From an uncultured Candidatus Izemoplasmatales bacterium (GTDB lineage Bacteria > Bacillota_I > Bacilli_A > Izemoplasmatales > Hujiaoplasmataceae), in NCBI GenBank assembly GCA_964501315.1, contig CAZCSO010000004.1, forward strand, positions 24,179 through 88,178: a DNA stretch of 64,000 nucleotides, given 5' to 3'. Every line of letters starts with the position of its first letter. Position 1 is the stretch's first letter. The notes beneath the pieces were generated by a model. That model did not search any database. It was not told the origin of the DNA and saw only the letters and a list, made by a program, of their open reading frames with translations. This document shows, one piece after another, positions 19,956 to 30,292 of the stretch. The position numbers and the translations under genes are program-made.

Positions 19956-21074
19956 TTAGATTATCGCAGTCCGAATATAAACACCTACAACAAACGGTGC
20001 ATACGCTTTAACATTAAAGGGACCTCTTAACGTTACAAATCCCAAACCAGAAAAAACAATGTCGTATTTCATGTTATCGCGGATTTTAAAATCATGAGAA
20101 ATCCATTTCGGTACTTTTTCTTCTTCGCTAAACGGTGGCGTTAACAACGAATAAAGCTTGGTTTCGTACAAGCTATCTGCTCGTTCCGTTTTGGTACGGT
20201 GAACGTTCAAAGTGTTGGCGAAATACGTCACTACGTTGATTCGATCGCCCGTTTCACCGGAAATGATGTCCAACCGAGCCAACCCTCCGAAAAAGAGCGT
20301 TTGGCCTTCGTTTAATTGAAATACCAACGGTTTGATTTCTTTTTTAGGTACCGTCAATTTATACGAAGGACGAGTCAAATAATGGGTATATTGATGCTTA
20401 TTGATAACCCCTGGCGTATCATATATCATTTTACCGTCTTTTAACGGAAAACCGATTAAGCCTATCGTCGTCCCAGGAGCGGACGAAACGGTTACCACGT
20501 CGGCTTCTTTTCCGAAATAACGGCGTAGAATTTGATTGATTATTTTCGATTTTCCAACATTGGTCGATCCAACAATATATACATTGCGATTACCTTTGTG
20601 TTTATAAATCACTTCCATCAGTTCATCAAAATAGTTACCGTATTTTGCCGAAATAAGGATTGAATCCAAGACGGTAAATCCTTCGTTAATTAACATTTGA
20701 CGAACCCAAGCCATGATTTTGTCATACTTCACATTTTTGGGTAACAAATCCATCTTATTACATACTAAAATAACGTCCCGGTTACCAGTTAACCGTTTAA
20801 TCGCCGGAACAAACGAACCCGTGAAATCAAAAATATCAACGATTTTGACAATCAATGCATTCTCTTTGCTAATGCGATTAATGACATTCAGGTAATCGTC
20901 ATTCGAGACACTCACACTGATGACTTCGCTATAATTACGAATCCGAAAACAGCGTTGACATAATAAGTGTTTGGGATCGGCATCCATCAAAACTTTTTCT
21001 TTGAGAAAACCAGGCGCGTGACCATCCAATGTTTGGATTTTTGCACCACATCCTGTACAATACAATTCTTCCAT
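19956..21074 (-). CDS. yqeH: ribosome biogenesis GTPase YqeH
   Basis: N-terminal CxGCGxxxQ...CQRC zinc finger. Circularly permuted GTPase motifs: NKMDLL comes before GSTNVGKS. Confidence 0.9.
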   Translation of the reverse strand: MEELYCTGCGAKIQTLDGHAPGFLKEKVLMDADPKHLLCQRCFRIRNYSEVISVSVSNDDYLNVINRISKENALIVKIVDIFDFTGSFVPAIKRLTGNRDVILVCNKMDLLPKNVKYDKIMAWVRQMLINEGFTVLDSILISAKYGNYFDELMEVIYKHKGNRNVYIVGSTNVGKSKIINQILRRYFGKEADVVTVSSAPGTTIGLIGFPLKDGKMIYDTPGVINKHQYTHYLTRPSYKLTVPKKEIKPLVFQLNEGQTLFFGGLARLDIISGETGDRINVVTYFANTLNVHRTKTERADSLYETKLYSLLTPPFSEEEKVPKWISHDFKIRDNMKYDIVFSGLGFVTLRGPFNVKAYAPFVVGVYIRTAII

Positions 21075-21079
21075 TGTAA

Positions 21080-21640
21080 CTACCTCTTTTCTTTAAGATT
21101 AAGTCGCGTGTAAGCTTCACCATTTTTTTTCTTAATTTGGTTTAGCATCCGATTTTCAAAACGACGATTAAGTCGCGTAAACCATTTTTCATTATTTCGC
21201 TTGATTGCGTCCACCAAATGAACTTTTAAACCCATGCGTTTGGATCCAAGTACATCGGTCATCACTTGGTCACCGATGACCAATACCTTGGATTTATCGG
21301 TAATCGAAAGGATGGATAGTGCTTTCTTAAATCCGATTTTAAGCGGTTTTTTCGCAGAAGCGACATAAGGGCAATCGATCAATTCGGAAAAATGCTTAAT
21401 GCGGGAACGATGATTGTTCGAAATAATAACAATTTTAAATCCACGTGATTGTAGGGAATTAAAAAGGGTAATTAGTTTCTCTGAAGGAAGCGTTTCATCG
21501 TAAGGAATTAACGTGTTGTCTACGTCAATTAATAATGCTTCGATGCCAGAATTGCGAACCGATTCAAAATCCACATCAAAGATGGTTTTACTATATCCAT
21601 CGGGTATGAATAATTGGTAATTAAGAAGATACTCGATCAT
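21080..21640 (-). CDS. yqeG: YqeG-family HAD phosphatase
   Basis: LLIDVDNTL is HAD motif I; VISNN and GDQVMTD are also present. The start at ATG 21640 is preceded by GGAGG. Confidence 0.85.
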   Translation of the reverse strand: MIEYLLNYQLFIPDGYSKTIFDVDFESVRNSGIEALLIDVDNTLIPYDETLPSEKLITLFNSLQSRGFKIVIISNNHRSRIKHFSELIDCPYVASAKKPLKIGFKKALSILSITDKSKVLVIGDQVMTDVLGSKRMGLKVHLVDAIKRNNEKWFTRLNRRFENRMLNQIKKKNGEAYTRLNLKEKR

Positions 21641-21736
21641 TAGAAACCTCCAAATGCTATGATAAATTATACACAATTTAGGACAAAATGTCCAATTTTT
21701 GACTGCATTGCCTAAAAATGTGGATTCGTTAAGCGG

Positions 21737-22480
21737 TTAGTATGAGCTAAAATGCAATATTGCCCGAAAGGCGACTTTTTGAGTTTTATCTAGTACTCCG
21801 TAAACGATTGCTGTCTCTTCATAATCATATAAGGATAATCTGACCATATCTCCTAAGAAAAGCGATTGTGAATAGGTAATTTGATAGTCTTTAATGGGGC
21901 GATTTCGGTTACTAAGTTTTAATAGGGATTCAATGTAATCCAAATAGACAACATTGTTCATATGATGATTAAAATCAATCTCGGAGTCAACAACCGTACG
22001 TAGTAATGACAAAGTTGGCGAATCGGAAACGGAAGGATAATCAAGATACATCGGGTCAATTGCTTTTTGATTTAATGCTTCATGTTGGTTAAGATCCAAA
22101 GAAGATAGGGTCGCCGGTTTTATTAAAACATAGCGTTCATCATCGACAATCACCCATTTGCCTACCGCTCTTGCAACGACTCTATGTTGCTCATCGAGTA
22201 CTTCATAATGACGGTCCATTCCTAAAGAACTCATCGGATTGACCCATGTACGAACTTCATAACGATGATGATTGATAATTGGATAATCAAGTCTGACGTG
22301 CAATCGAGCAACCGCCCAGAATGCATGATGACGTTTTAAATCATCTACGCCTTGTTGGTTTTCCTTACTATGTTCAAGAGAGCGATCTTGAAGCTGTTTT
22401 TGTAACCATTTGAATGCGTCCCATTGCGTCGGTTCGTTAGTCAACGACAAGGAAATGGTTGTTGATTTTACAGCACTCAT
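21737..22480 (-). CDS. acyl-ACP thioesterase family protein
   Basis: Double hot-dog pattern: EVRTWVNP...GKWVIVD and IDFNHHMNNVVYLDYI. Confidence 0.7.
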   Translation of the reverse strand: MSAVKSTTISLSLTNEPTQWDAFKWLQKQLQDRSLEHSKENQQGVDDLKRHHAFWAVARLHVRLDYPIINHHRYEVRTWVNPMSSLGMDRHYEVLDEQHRVVARAVGKWVIVDDERYVLIKPATLSSLDLNQHEALNQKAIDPMYLDYPSVSDSPTLSLLRTVVDSEIDFNHHMNNVVYLDYIESLLKLSNRNRPIKDYQITYSQSLFLGDMVRLSLYDYEETAIVYGVLDKTQKVAFRAILHFSSY

Positions 22481-24288
22481 CGATGTGACGTCTCCGCTCC
22501 ACGTGGCCGTATCAAACAGGAGGGTTGATATCCGATGAGATCCCCTCGATTACTTTTCAGTAATGCTTCTTTTACTAAATCATAGTTCTTTGGATTTCGA
22601 TATTGAATTAACGCTCGTTGCATTGCTTTTTCATGCGGTGTTTTAGGAACATAGACGGGTTCCATTGTTCTTGGATCAAGTTCGGTGTAGTACATGGTTG
22701 TCGATAATGTCAAGGGAGTCGGGTAGAAGTCTTGTACTTGTTCTGGGTTATAACCCATATCGCGAATGTACTCCGCCAAAATGATGGCGTCATTCAGTGT
22801 TGATCCAGGATGGGAACTCATAAGATACGGAACCAAGTATTGTTCTTTATGAATTGCCTTCGTTAATTGGTTGAATTTATGGACAAATCGATCAAACAAC
22901 TGTCTTCTAGGTTTCCCCATTTTATCAAGAACGGCATCGGAAACATGTTCAGGAGCAACCTTGAGTTGTCCGGAAACATGATGTTCAACCAATTCTTTGA
23001 AGAATGCATCATTTTTATCGTACATCAGATAATCATACCGTATTCCACTACGAACAAAGACTTTCTTAATGCCGTCTAGTTCACGAAGTTCACGCAAAAT
23101 ATCGAGGTATTCGGTATGGTCAACCTTGAGATTGGCGCAGGGAGAAGGATGAAGACACTGGCGATTCGTACATACCCCATAATCCTTTTGTTTATCGCAA
23201 GCAGGCTGATAAAAATTGGCAGTTGGTCCGCCAACATCGTGAATATACCCTTTAAAATCAGGATCAGAAATCATTTGTTTGGCTTCTTTGATAATGGAAT
23301 CCTTATTACGATGTGACATAATACGTCCTTGATGCATGGTCAATGCGCAAAAGGAACAACCGCCATAACAGCCACGATTCGCGACTATGGAAAATTTAAC
23401 TTCATCCATAGCTGACACATGACCCAATTGTTCAAGTTTAGGATGGGTTTGACGCATGAACGGCAAATCGTAGAGTTGATCCATGAGTGATGCATCCAAT
23501 GGAAATTGAGGTGCATTTTGAATGACATAGTCGTTTGCATAAATTTCAATCAGCGGTTTCGCTGAAAAGGGATCCGTGTTTTGATACTGAGTCATAAACG
23601 ACCGTGCGTAGGTTTGTTTTGACGATAAAATGGCATCATAACTAGGCAAATTCAAACCATCTGAGGGTAGATAATCAACATTTTTTGTTTTCCATACCGT
23701 CCCACGAATAAAGATAAGATCGCTTATCGGCAATCCGCTTTCCAACGCTTCAGCGATTTCGATGATGGCCTTTTCTCCCATTCCATATACCAATAAATCA
23801 GCTTTTGAATCCAGTAGAATACTTTTTCGTATGGAATCATCCCAATAATCATAATGAGCTAAACGCCGTAACGAAGCTTCGATTCCGCCTAGGATAATAG
23901 CTCCGTTCGGATCCACTTTTCGAATGATATTCGCATATTTGATAACGGCTCGGTCTGGACGTTTACCCATATATCCACCGGGCGTATAAAAATCTTTTTT
24001 TCGACGTTTTTTGGCGACGGTGTAATGATTAACCATTGAATCGATGTTACCACTGTTGACCAGCCAACCTAGTTTTGGTTTACCAAATTCTAAAAAAGCC
24101 GCTTCATCCATCCAGTTCGGTTGGGATAAAATACAGACAGAAAAGTGGTGACGTTCTAACCACCGGGCGATAATGGCCGTACCGAAAGAGGGGTGATCAC
24201 AGTACGCGTCACCCGTTACAAAAACAAAATCTGGTTGAGTAATTCCGGCAGCAATCATCTCTGAATAATCAATGGGTAAAAAATTCAC
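22477..24288 (-). CDS. YgiQ-family (UPF0313) radical SAM protein
   Basis: 603 aa. NRGCYGGCSFCALTMHQGR is the CxxxCxxC cluster. N-terminal DAYCDHPSFG block. Confidence 0.9.
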   Translation of the reverse strand: MNFLPIDYSEMIAAGITQPDFVFVTGDAYCDHPSFGTAIIARWLERHHFSVCILSQPNWMDEAAFLEFGKPKLGWLVNSGNIDSMVNHYTVAKKRRKKDFYTPGGYMGKRPDRAVIKYANIIRKVDPNGAIILGGIEASLRRLAHYDYWDDSIRKSILLDSKADLLVYGMGEKAIIEIAEALESGLPISDLIFIRGTVWKTKNVDYLPSDGLNLPSYDAILSSKQTYARSFMTQYQNTDPFSAKPLIEIYANDYVIQNAPQFPLDASLMDQLYDLPFMRQTHPKLEQLGHVSAMDEVKFSIVANRGCYGGCSFCALTMHQGRIMSHRNKDSIIKEAKQMISDPDFKGYIHDVGGPTANFYQPACDKQKDYGVCTNRQCLHPSPCANLKVDHTEYLDILRELRELDGIKKVFVRSGIRYDYLMYDKNDAFFKELVEHHVSGQLKVAPEHVSDAVLDKMGKPRRQLFDRFVHKFNQLTKAIHKEQYLVPYLMSSHPGSTLNDAIILAEYIRDMGYNPEQVQDFYPTPLTLSTTMYYTELDPRTMEPVYVPKTPHEKAMQRALIQYRNPKNYDLVKEALLKSNRGDLIGYQPSCLIRPRGAETSHR

Positions 24289-24290
24289 GC

Positions 24291-24980
24291 TTAAGACACC
24301 TCAATGCTTTTAAAAAGCAAACTTAATTCTTTTCGTTTTTGACGATAGTCGGGGCAAAAATACAACAATAGTTGATAAAAATTATCGCCATGATTCGGAT
24401 ATTTCAAATGCATTACTTCATGAAGAAAGATGATTTCTAAATACGAAGGATCAAAACATGCCAAGATGCTGTTGAACTTAATTATGCGCTTTTCGGTCTG
24501 ACAACTACCAAATTGGCTTTTCATAAGTTGAGCTTTAAAATTGATTGGATTGAGTGCGACATAGGGTTGTAATCGATCAATCCATCGCTCAGCTAATTGC
24601 TTCACTTCCACCACTGTCATCGTTCGGTAAAAATCTAAAATAGCGGTTCGATGGTCTTCGCGACTTCGGATAATAAGTGTTTTTTCATCCCAATCCCATA
24701 ATGATTTCAATGAAGATTGGTAGGATATCGGATAAAAATGGCCTTGATAAAACAACAAATCCGAGAAAATGGGATGGATTTTTTGTGGCTGTTGTTCGAG
24801 ATATTTCACGATTTTCCGTGAATTCGATTGGATGAAATTATGAATTGATTCCGAATGCGTTCGATGATTGGTATAAACGACCAAGGTATTACGGTCCTTC
24901 ACGCGCAGATACGTATGACGATTGTTCTTATGCTGAACGATTAATCGGAATGAGTATCCGTCTACATTAATGGTTTCCAT
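24291..24980 (-). CDS. YgjP-like (DUF45/M48-type) metal-dependent hydrolase
   Basis: HExxH in FLHEVMHLKYPNH near the C-terminus. About 230 aa. Confidence 0.7.
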   Translation of the reverse strand: METINVDGYSFRLIVQHKNNRHTYLRVKDRNTLVVYTNHRTHSESIHNFIQSNSRKIVKYLEQQPQKIHPIFSDLLFYQGHFYPISYQSSLKSLWDWDEKTLIIRSREDHRTAILDFYRTMTVVEVKQLAERWIDRLQPYVALNPINFKAQLMKSQFGSCQTEKRIIKFNSILACFDPSYLEIIFLHEVMHLKYPNHGDNFYQLLLYFCPDYRQKRKELSLLFKSIEVS

Positions 24981-25672
24981 GGGTAACGCTCTACGTATTG
25001 AATGACAAAGTCAGCTGTCAAATCAGCGATATCTTCAACAGTGTTTTCATACATTTGGACTTGCAACGTATCATCGATAACATCGGATATACCTCGAAAA
25101 ATAACGAAGGGAATATGAAATTTCATAGCCGTCATGGCAATCGCCATGCTTTCCATCTCTACGGCATATAAATCGTTAACAACGGATTGGATGGGTGCTA
25201 ATTTAATGGAATCCGTTATAAATTGATCGCCTGAAGCAATGATGCCACTTCGATAGCAGAGTTTGCGTTCTTTCAACAAATCCTTAGCTTGCGATACCAA
25301 TCGAGCATCTGCGTATACTATGAAGGGGTCACCTGGCATTTGTCCATACGGTAATTCAGGGTCGATTTTTTGTACATCGACATCACTGTAGACGACCCCT
25401 TCAGAAACGATAATATCGCCTGAATTAATAGGAAATAATCCTCCGGCAACACCCGTATTAATCAAATAGTCAATCGGATACGACATCAACAAAATCGTGG
25501 TTGTCATCGCGGCATTGACTTTTCCTATGCCCGATTGCGTTACCACCACTTCTTGTGATCCAAGAAAGCCACGATAAAAAGACTTATTGGCGATGATATC
25601 GGTTTTATCAATTGTCATCGCTTTGAGAAGTGTTTTAATTTCTTTGTCCATCGCGGCAATGATTCCAATCAT
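24962..25672 (-). CDS. mtnN: 5'-methylthioadenosine/S-adenosylhomocysteine nucleosidase
   Basis: MIGIIAAMDKEI, GIGKVNAAM, EMESMAIA, RGISD blocks. Confidence 0.92.
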   Translation of the reverse strand: MIGIIAAMDKEIKTLLKAMTIDKTDIIANKSFYRGFLGSQEVVVTQSGIGKVNAAMTTTILLMSYPIDYLINTGVAGGLFPINSGDIIVSEGVVYSDVDVQKIDPELPYGQMPGDPFIVYADARLVSQAKDLLKERKLCYRSGIIASGDQFITDSIKLAPIQSVVNDLYAVEMESMAIAMTAMKFHIPFVIFRGISDVIDDTLQVQMYENTVEDIADLTADFVIQYVERYPWKPLM

Positions 25673-25711
25673 GATGCATCCTCCTAAGAAAAAAAGCGGA
25701 ATTAATCCGCA

Positions 25712-26179
25712 TTATTTAATTTCAAGCACTTCGATTTTGATTTCAGAACCTGTTTCTGATTTATAAACGATTTTATTTCCTTTTTTAGCGCCAATAATTG
25801 CCTTACCAAGTGGCGATTCATTTGAAATCTTACCTGCAAGCGGATTAGCTTCCAAATGACCAACAATATCGTACGTCCGTTCATAATTTTGATTTATAAA
25901 TCGTAGGGTTACGGTTTTACCAATCGCAACGGAGCGTGACGAGGAGTCTTTAATGATTTCAGCGTGTTTTAAGATGTTGTCGATTTCTTTAATACGAGCT
26001 TCAATTCTCGCTTGTTCGTCTCTCGCGGCATCGTAATCAGCATTTTCAGATAAGTCACCCTGAGCTCTCGCTTCTTTCAAGGCTTCTAAGTTCTTCTTGC
26101 GATCTACTTCCTTTAATTGCTCTAATTCTTGTTTTAATTTTTCAAAACCAGCTTCTGTCAGTTTAAATGTATTTTCCAT
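25712..26179 (-). CDS. greA: transcription elongation factor GreA
   Basis: LKEARAQGDLSENADYDAARDEQ coiled-coil tip. 155-157 aa. ATG 26179 has better RBS spacing than 26185. Confidence 0.95.
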   Translation of the reverse strand: MENTFKLTEAGFEKLKQELEQLKEVDRKKNLEALKEARAQGDLSENADYDAARDEQARIEARIKEIDNILKHAEIIKDSSSRSVAIGKTVTLRFINQNYERTYDIVGHLEANPLAGKISNESPLGKAIIGAKKGNKIVYKSETGSEIKIEVLEIK

Positions 26180-26223
26180 GATCATAGTCTCCTATCTCTA
26201 TTGCTTATAAATTATATCATAAT

Positions 26224-26853
26224 TTAGTGATGAATGATAGACAATATTTTCGCAATTATAATATCGACTGCGACATCATTGGCATAATCATTCGGAATAA
26301 TTATATCAGCGTAGCGTTTCGTCGGTTTTACGAAAGCAAAATGCATGGGCTTAACTGTTTTTATGTATTGATCAATAACCGATTCCATGGTCCGACCACG
26401 CTCCTTGATGTCTCGAGACAATCGACGAATAAATCGCAAATCATCATCACATTCCACAAACAATTTGATATCGGCCATCGAGCGAATGCGTTCATCCTCC
26501 AAAACCAAAATACCTTCCAAAATTATGATTTGAGCCGGGGAAATATGCTCGGTTTTTTCCGCTCTTGTCAAATTAACAAAGTCGTAAGTAGGCTTTTCGA
26601 TTGATTGGCCTTTGACAAGTGCTTTGATGTGTTTGTAGAATAACTCGTTATCAAGCGAAAAAGGATGGTCGTAATTGACGGCCCGTCGTTCTTCCATGCT
26701 CATTTCTGATTGGTCTTTGTAATAATCATCGTGTTTTATTACGACGACCGAATCATCTTTTAGAGCGGCCATGATTTTATCCACAACCGTTGTTTTACCC
26801 GATGAAGATCCTCCTGCTACAGCGATAATTAATGGTTTTTGCATGATTGACAC
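26224..26853 (-). CDS. udk: uridine kinase
   Basis: IIAVAGGSSSGKTTV P-loop, and NYDHPFSLD. Confidence 0.93.
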   Translation of the reverse strand: MSIMQKPLIIAVAGGSSSGKTTVVDKIMAALKDDSVVVIKHDDYYKDQSEMSMEERRAVNYDHPFSLDNELFYKHIKALVKGQSIEKPTYDFVNLTRAEKTEHISPAQIIILEGILVLEDERIRSMADIKLFVECDDDLRFIRRLSRDIKERGRTMESVIDQYIKTVKPMHFAFVKPTKRYADIIIPNDYANDVAVDIIIAKILSIIHH

Positions 26854-28031
26854 ATCCTTATCATATCGTATTTATTGATGGGAATGGAACTTTTAAATCG
26901 TATTATTTGTTTGGGATGCCGTGCGGCATCAAGAACCAATCCGTTTTCGTCATATAGTTCAGAAATCGTGCTGATGATGGGCATTTTGCCTGGCGTAATA
27001 ATTTCGATGTTTGAATAAGGTTTAAAGTGATTTCGTTGTTCAACAGTTGCCATTTGGCTGGTACTGTCATAATCCAATCCTATCGCAATGAATGTCTGAT
27101 CAGGTCGACTCAATTCATCAGCGTAGAGTTGTTGTTGAGTGGTGACCATACCAGCATAAAAACCATGGGACGTTTCACGGTTTTCAGCTTTAGCGATTTC
27201 TTGATAATAATAATCACGGTCTTTTAATTGATTTTGGCAATAATCATCGATGAGCATCCGATAGACGTAGACGACGGTCGCAATGTAGTGTGCTGACTTC
27301 ATACGTCCTTCAATTTTTAATGAATCAATGCCCAAATCAATGAGTGACGGAATGTACTCAATTGCATCCAAATCCTTTGAAGACATTCGAAACGAATCCG
27401 GCGATCCAATCATTTGATTTCGATCGTATAATGTATAATGCCAACGGCAACTATGCGCACAACCACCCCGATTGGCATCACGAGCAGTCATAGCGTTTGA
27501 TAAGGTGCATCGTCCGGAATACGATACGCACATACCACCGTGAATGAATACCTCGAGTTGACCAGTCACTTCCTTCTTGATTTTTTTTAGGTTTTCAAGA
27601 CTAACTTCACGAGCTAACACGACTCGTTCCAGACCATAATCAAACCAGTACTGGGCATGGCAACTATTGGTAACGCTTTGCTGCGTTGATAGGTGAACGG
27701 GAATGGAAGTGGTTTTTAAGCAACGATCAATAATGTAGGGACTAGAAGCGATAATTGCATCAACGCCAATGGTTTCTAACGCTTTGAGATAGTCATCAAG
27801 TCCAGCCATATCTTCATTATGCAAAACCATATTGGTTGTCACATATACTTTTTTTCCTAATGAATGTGCGAATTGAACGGCTTCTCGAATCGAATCTAAA
27901 TCAAATTTAGATGCTCGAGCGCGCAATGAAAAAACGGTTCCGCCAATATAGACAGCGTCGGCACCATAAAGTAAGGCAATCTTCAGTTTTTCTAAATCGC
28001 CAGCGGGTGCCAGCAACTCCGGCGCTTTCAT
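26829..28031 (-). CDS. peptidase U32 family protein (YrrO/TrhP-type, tRNA U34 hydroxylation)
   Basis: ELLAPAGDLEKLK N-terminus, Cys-rich CAHSCRW block. Syntenic with B. subtilis yrrO. Confidence 0.85.
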   Translation of the reverse strand: MKAPELLAPAGDLEKLKIALLYGADAVYIGGTVFSLRARASKFDLDSIREAVQFAHSLGKKVYVTTNMVLHNEDMAGLDDYLKALETIGVDAIIASSPYIIDRCLKTTSIPVHLSTQQSVTNSCHAQYWFDYGLERVVLAREVSLENLKKIKKEVTGQLEVFIHGGMCVSYSGRCTLSNAMTARDANRGGCAHSCRWHYTLYDRNQMIGSPDSFRMSSKDLDAIEYIPSLIDLGIDSLKIEGRMKSAHYIATVVYVYRMLIDDYCQNQLKDRDYYYQEIAKAENRETSHGFYAGMVTTQQQLYADELSRPDQTFIAIGLDYDSTSQMATVEQRNHFKPYSNIEIITPGKMPIISTISELYDENGLVLDAARHPKQIIRFKSSIPINKYDMIRMCQSCKNH

Positions 28032-28906
28032 TCGTCACCTCGTAAACGATTCGTTTTTCGGTAATAAAACCCAGAATCGTATTCATGTCCGTGTTTTTGA
28101 CGGAATAATTCACGTCGTTTTGGATTTTGATAGGCTGCGATGCTATCGGTTAATTCTTCATCACTCAACAAAAAGCGATCAATGAAAAAATCCGACAAAT
28201 AAGGACGAATCAACTGTATTTCATTAAAGGATTCTAATTTTTTTTCTCTAAAAATGTGAGTGCCGAACGCATCTTCGTAGATTGGGTATCGGGTGTCTTC
28301 ACGAGATGATTCTTGAAGTGAAAACAGTTCATGACCTTTGATAGACGGTAAGGACGTTTTATTTTCTTCATCAAAAAGCGTGATGAGCGGTCGATAAGAA
28401 TAGAACATCGGGGCATACCCATGCCCGACGAGCGATAGTTCTAGAGCATGATTATTTTGAACAATCGCACTAATGGAATCCAAGGTAATTTCTCTTGCTA
28501 TCGTCAATCCTTTAATTCCTTGAGATTCATAGAACCAAGGATCATAAAGATTGGTCGTCAAGGTTGATGGTTGATAAATGAGTTTTTGTTCCAATCCAAG
28601 TGATTTGGAAATGGGATATAGTGTCCAATCAAATGCAACAATCGCATCCATGTCCAATGACTTTACAAAAGAAAGATAATTACGCAATTGCGGTAAGTGT
28701 TCTTCATGAATCATCGCATTTAACAAAAGATAACATTTTTTTTGATGGCGATGAATGACGGAAACAACATCCGCCAACTCATCTTGAGGAAAAGAATGGT
28801 TTGTTTTGGTTGAAAATTCTTTCGAACATACCAAAAAAACATCAACACCCAGTGATGATAGCCAATCAATTTCCGATAAGTGATTGAGTTGAGTTCCTAT
28901 TCTCAT
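28028..28906 (-). CDS. peptidase U32 family protein (YrrN-type partner)
   Basis: 292 aa with a U32-like TIM-barrel pattern. 4-nt overlap with the downstream U32 gene. Syntenic with yrrN. Confidence 0.75.
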   Translation of the reverse strand: MRIGTQLNHLSEIDWLSSLGVDVFLVCSKEFSTKTNHSFPQDELADVVSVIHRHQKKCYLLLNAMIHEEHLPQLRNYLSFVKSLDMDAIVAFDWTLYPISKSLGLEQKLIYQPSTLTTNLYDPWFYESQGIKGLTIAREITLDSISAIVQNNHALELSLVGHGYAPMFYSYRPLITLFDEENKTSLPSIKGHELFSLQESSREDTRYPIYEDAFGTHIFREKKLESFNEIQLIRPYLSDFFIDRFLLSDEELTDSIAAYQNPKRRELFRQKHGHEYDSGFYYRKTNRLRGDE

Positions 28907-28916
28907 ATCAATGCCT

Positions 28917-29459
28917 TCACTTTCGTTTTGAGATACTTAACCCGTCTCCGATATCATAGAAATTCGTTTCAAAATCCGAACGGTTCTTAAGCCACTCAAC
29001 ATAGTTTGTAATTTTTCTTGCAATGGCTCGTTGATTTCGTGTCATTGTTTCAGGATCACGATGAACGTAACCGTGGAAATTTAAGTTATCAGTAATAATT
29101 AATCCGTTATTAGTCAGAAGGGGTGATAATTTTTCAAAGAGCCGTTGATACTGTGCTTTTGCACCATCGATAAAGATGATGTCAAAGTGACCGTAGGAAC
29201 TGAAATCCACATCAAAGGCATCACCATGTATGAGTTTTACGGATCTCCTTAGTTTCGCATCAATTAGATTTTCTACGGCAATTTCATAAAGATGTCGCTC
29301 ACGTTCAATGGTTGTGACATGGCCATGGGTCATCAGTGCTAAGGCAATAGCGCTATAACCAATCGCAGTACCGATTTCAAGAATCTTTGGTTTTGAATAG
29401 TGCGTAAGAATCGGTTCAAGAAAATCCAATGATATCGTTTCAATCATTGGAATATTCAT
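28917..29459 (-). CDS. class I O-methyltransferase (YrrM/TrmR-like)
   Basis: ILEIGTAIGYSAIALA and IFIDGAKAQY are O-MTase family 3 blocks. I prefer the start at ATG 29459, which follows AGGGG, over 29534. Confidence 0.8.
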   Translation of the reverse strand: MNIPMIETISLDFLEPILTHYSKPKILEIGTAIGYSAIALALMTHGHVTTIERERHLYEIAVENLIDAKLRRSVKLIHGDAFDVDFSSYGHFDIIFIDGAKAQYQRLFEKLSPLLTNNGLIITDNLNFHGYVHRDPETMTRNQRAIARKITNYVEWLKNRSDFETNFYDIGDGLSISKRK

Positions 29460-29558
29460 TGACACCCCTTGAGCTTTTATATCAAGAAGAACGGGATAGT
29501 CTCGCCATATCCCAGAAGATAATTTAGTGCCCATAACAGATAAAAAGAGTAACGTTAA

Positions 29559-29870
29559 TTACTCTTTATGCTCGTGTTTATGATCATGGTCGTCGTCATC
29601 TTCGCCTTCCATGTCTTCTAAATAACTTTCAATAACTTCTTCGACAAAGTCCCATTCTTCATCCGATTCAATTTGATAAAGTTGTCCTTCGTCACCATCT
29701 TCGGGATTAAAAGAAGCTGCGAAATATTCGCCAGATTCATCACCGACGATTTGATAGACTACGTAGGATTTGTTAAATTCATCGGAGTCAAATGTCATGA
29801 CGATTTGACAGGTGATTTCTTTTCCAAGTTCGTCCGTTACAATAAACGTTGCATCAAGTTCTTTTTCCAT
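29559..29870 (-). CDS. DUF1292 family protein (YrzB-like), acidic
   Basis: 103 aa. FIVTDELGKEI...YVVYQIV pattern, acidic His-rich tail. Syntenic with yrzB. Confidence 0.75.
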   Translation of the reverse strand: MEKELDATFIVTDELGKEITCQIVMTFDSDEFNKSYVVYQIVGDESGEYFAASFNPEDGDEGQLYQIESDEEWDFVEEVIESYLEDMEGEDDDDHDHKHEHKE

Positions 29871-29872
29871 TG

Positions 29873-30292
29873 TTATCTCCTTTTTGAATCAAGATAGCTT
29901 TGCAGTATGACGGTCGCAGCTAATCTATCAACATTTTCTTTTTGTTTTTTTCGGTTTAGATTGCCAGAAATCATGACTTGTGTCACCATTCTTGTGGTGA
30001 GTCGTTCGTCCCAAACGTCAATCGGAACAGTCGTCAGACTTTCTAATTTAGATTTGAAGTCCAATACAAGTTGCCCTTGAAAGCCAACCGATCCGTCCAT
30101 ATTTTTGGGTAGACCAATGACAACTTTCCCTATCTTATTATTATCAATAAAATGTGAGAGATAGTCAAGAGGAACTTCGAAATTGTTGGCTTCAAAACGA
30201 ACCGTTTCTACGCCTGTGGCCAAGAGTTCTGAAGGATCCGATACTGCAACCCCACAAGTCGTCGTACCCAAATCCAATCCCATTATCTTCAT
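29873..30292 (-). CDS. ruvX: Holliday junction resolvase-like nuclease RuvX (YqgF/YrrK)
   Basis: MGLDLGTTTCGVAVSD N-terminus, WDERLTT block. Confidence 0.92.
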   Translation of the reverse strand: MKIMGLDLGTTTCGVAVSDPSELLATGVETVRFEANNFEVPLDYLSHFIDNNKIGKVVIGLPKNMDGSVGFQGQLVLDFKSKLESLTTVPIDVWDERLTTRMVTQVMISGNLNRKKQKENVDRLAATVILQSYLDSKRR

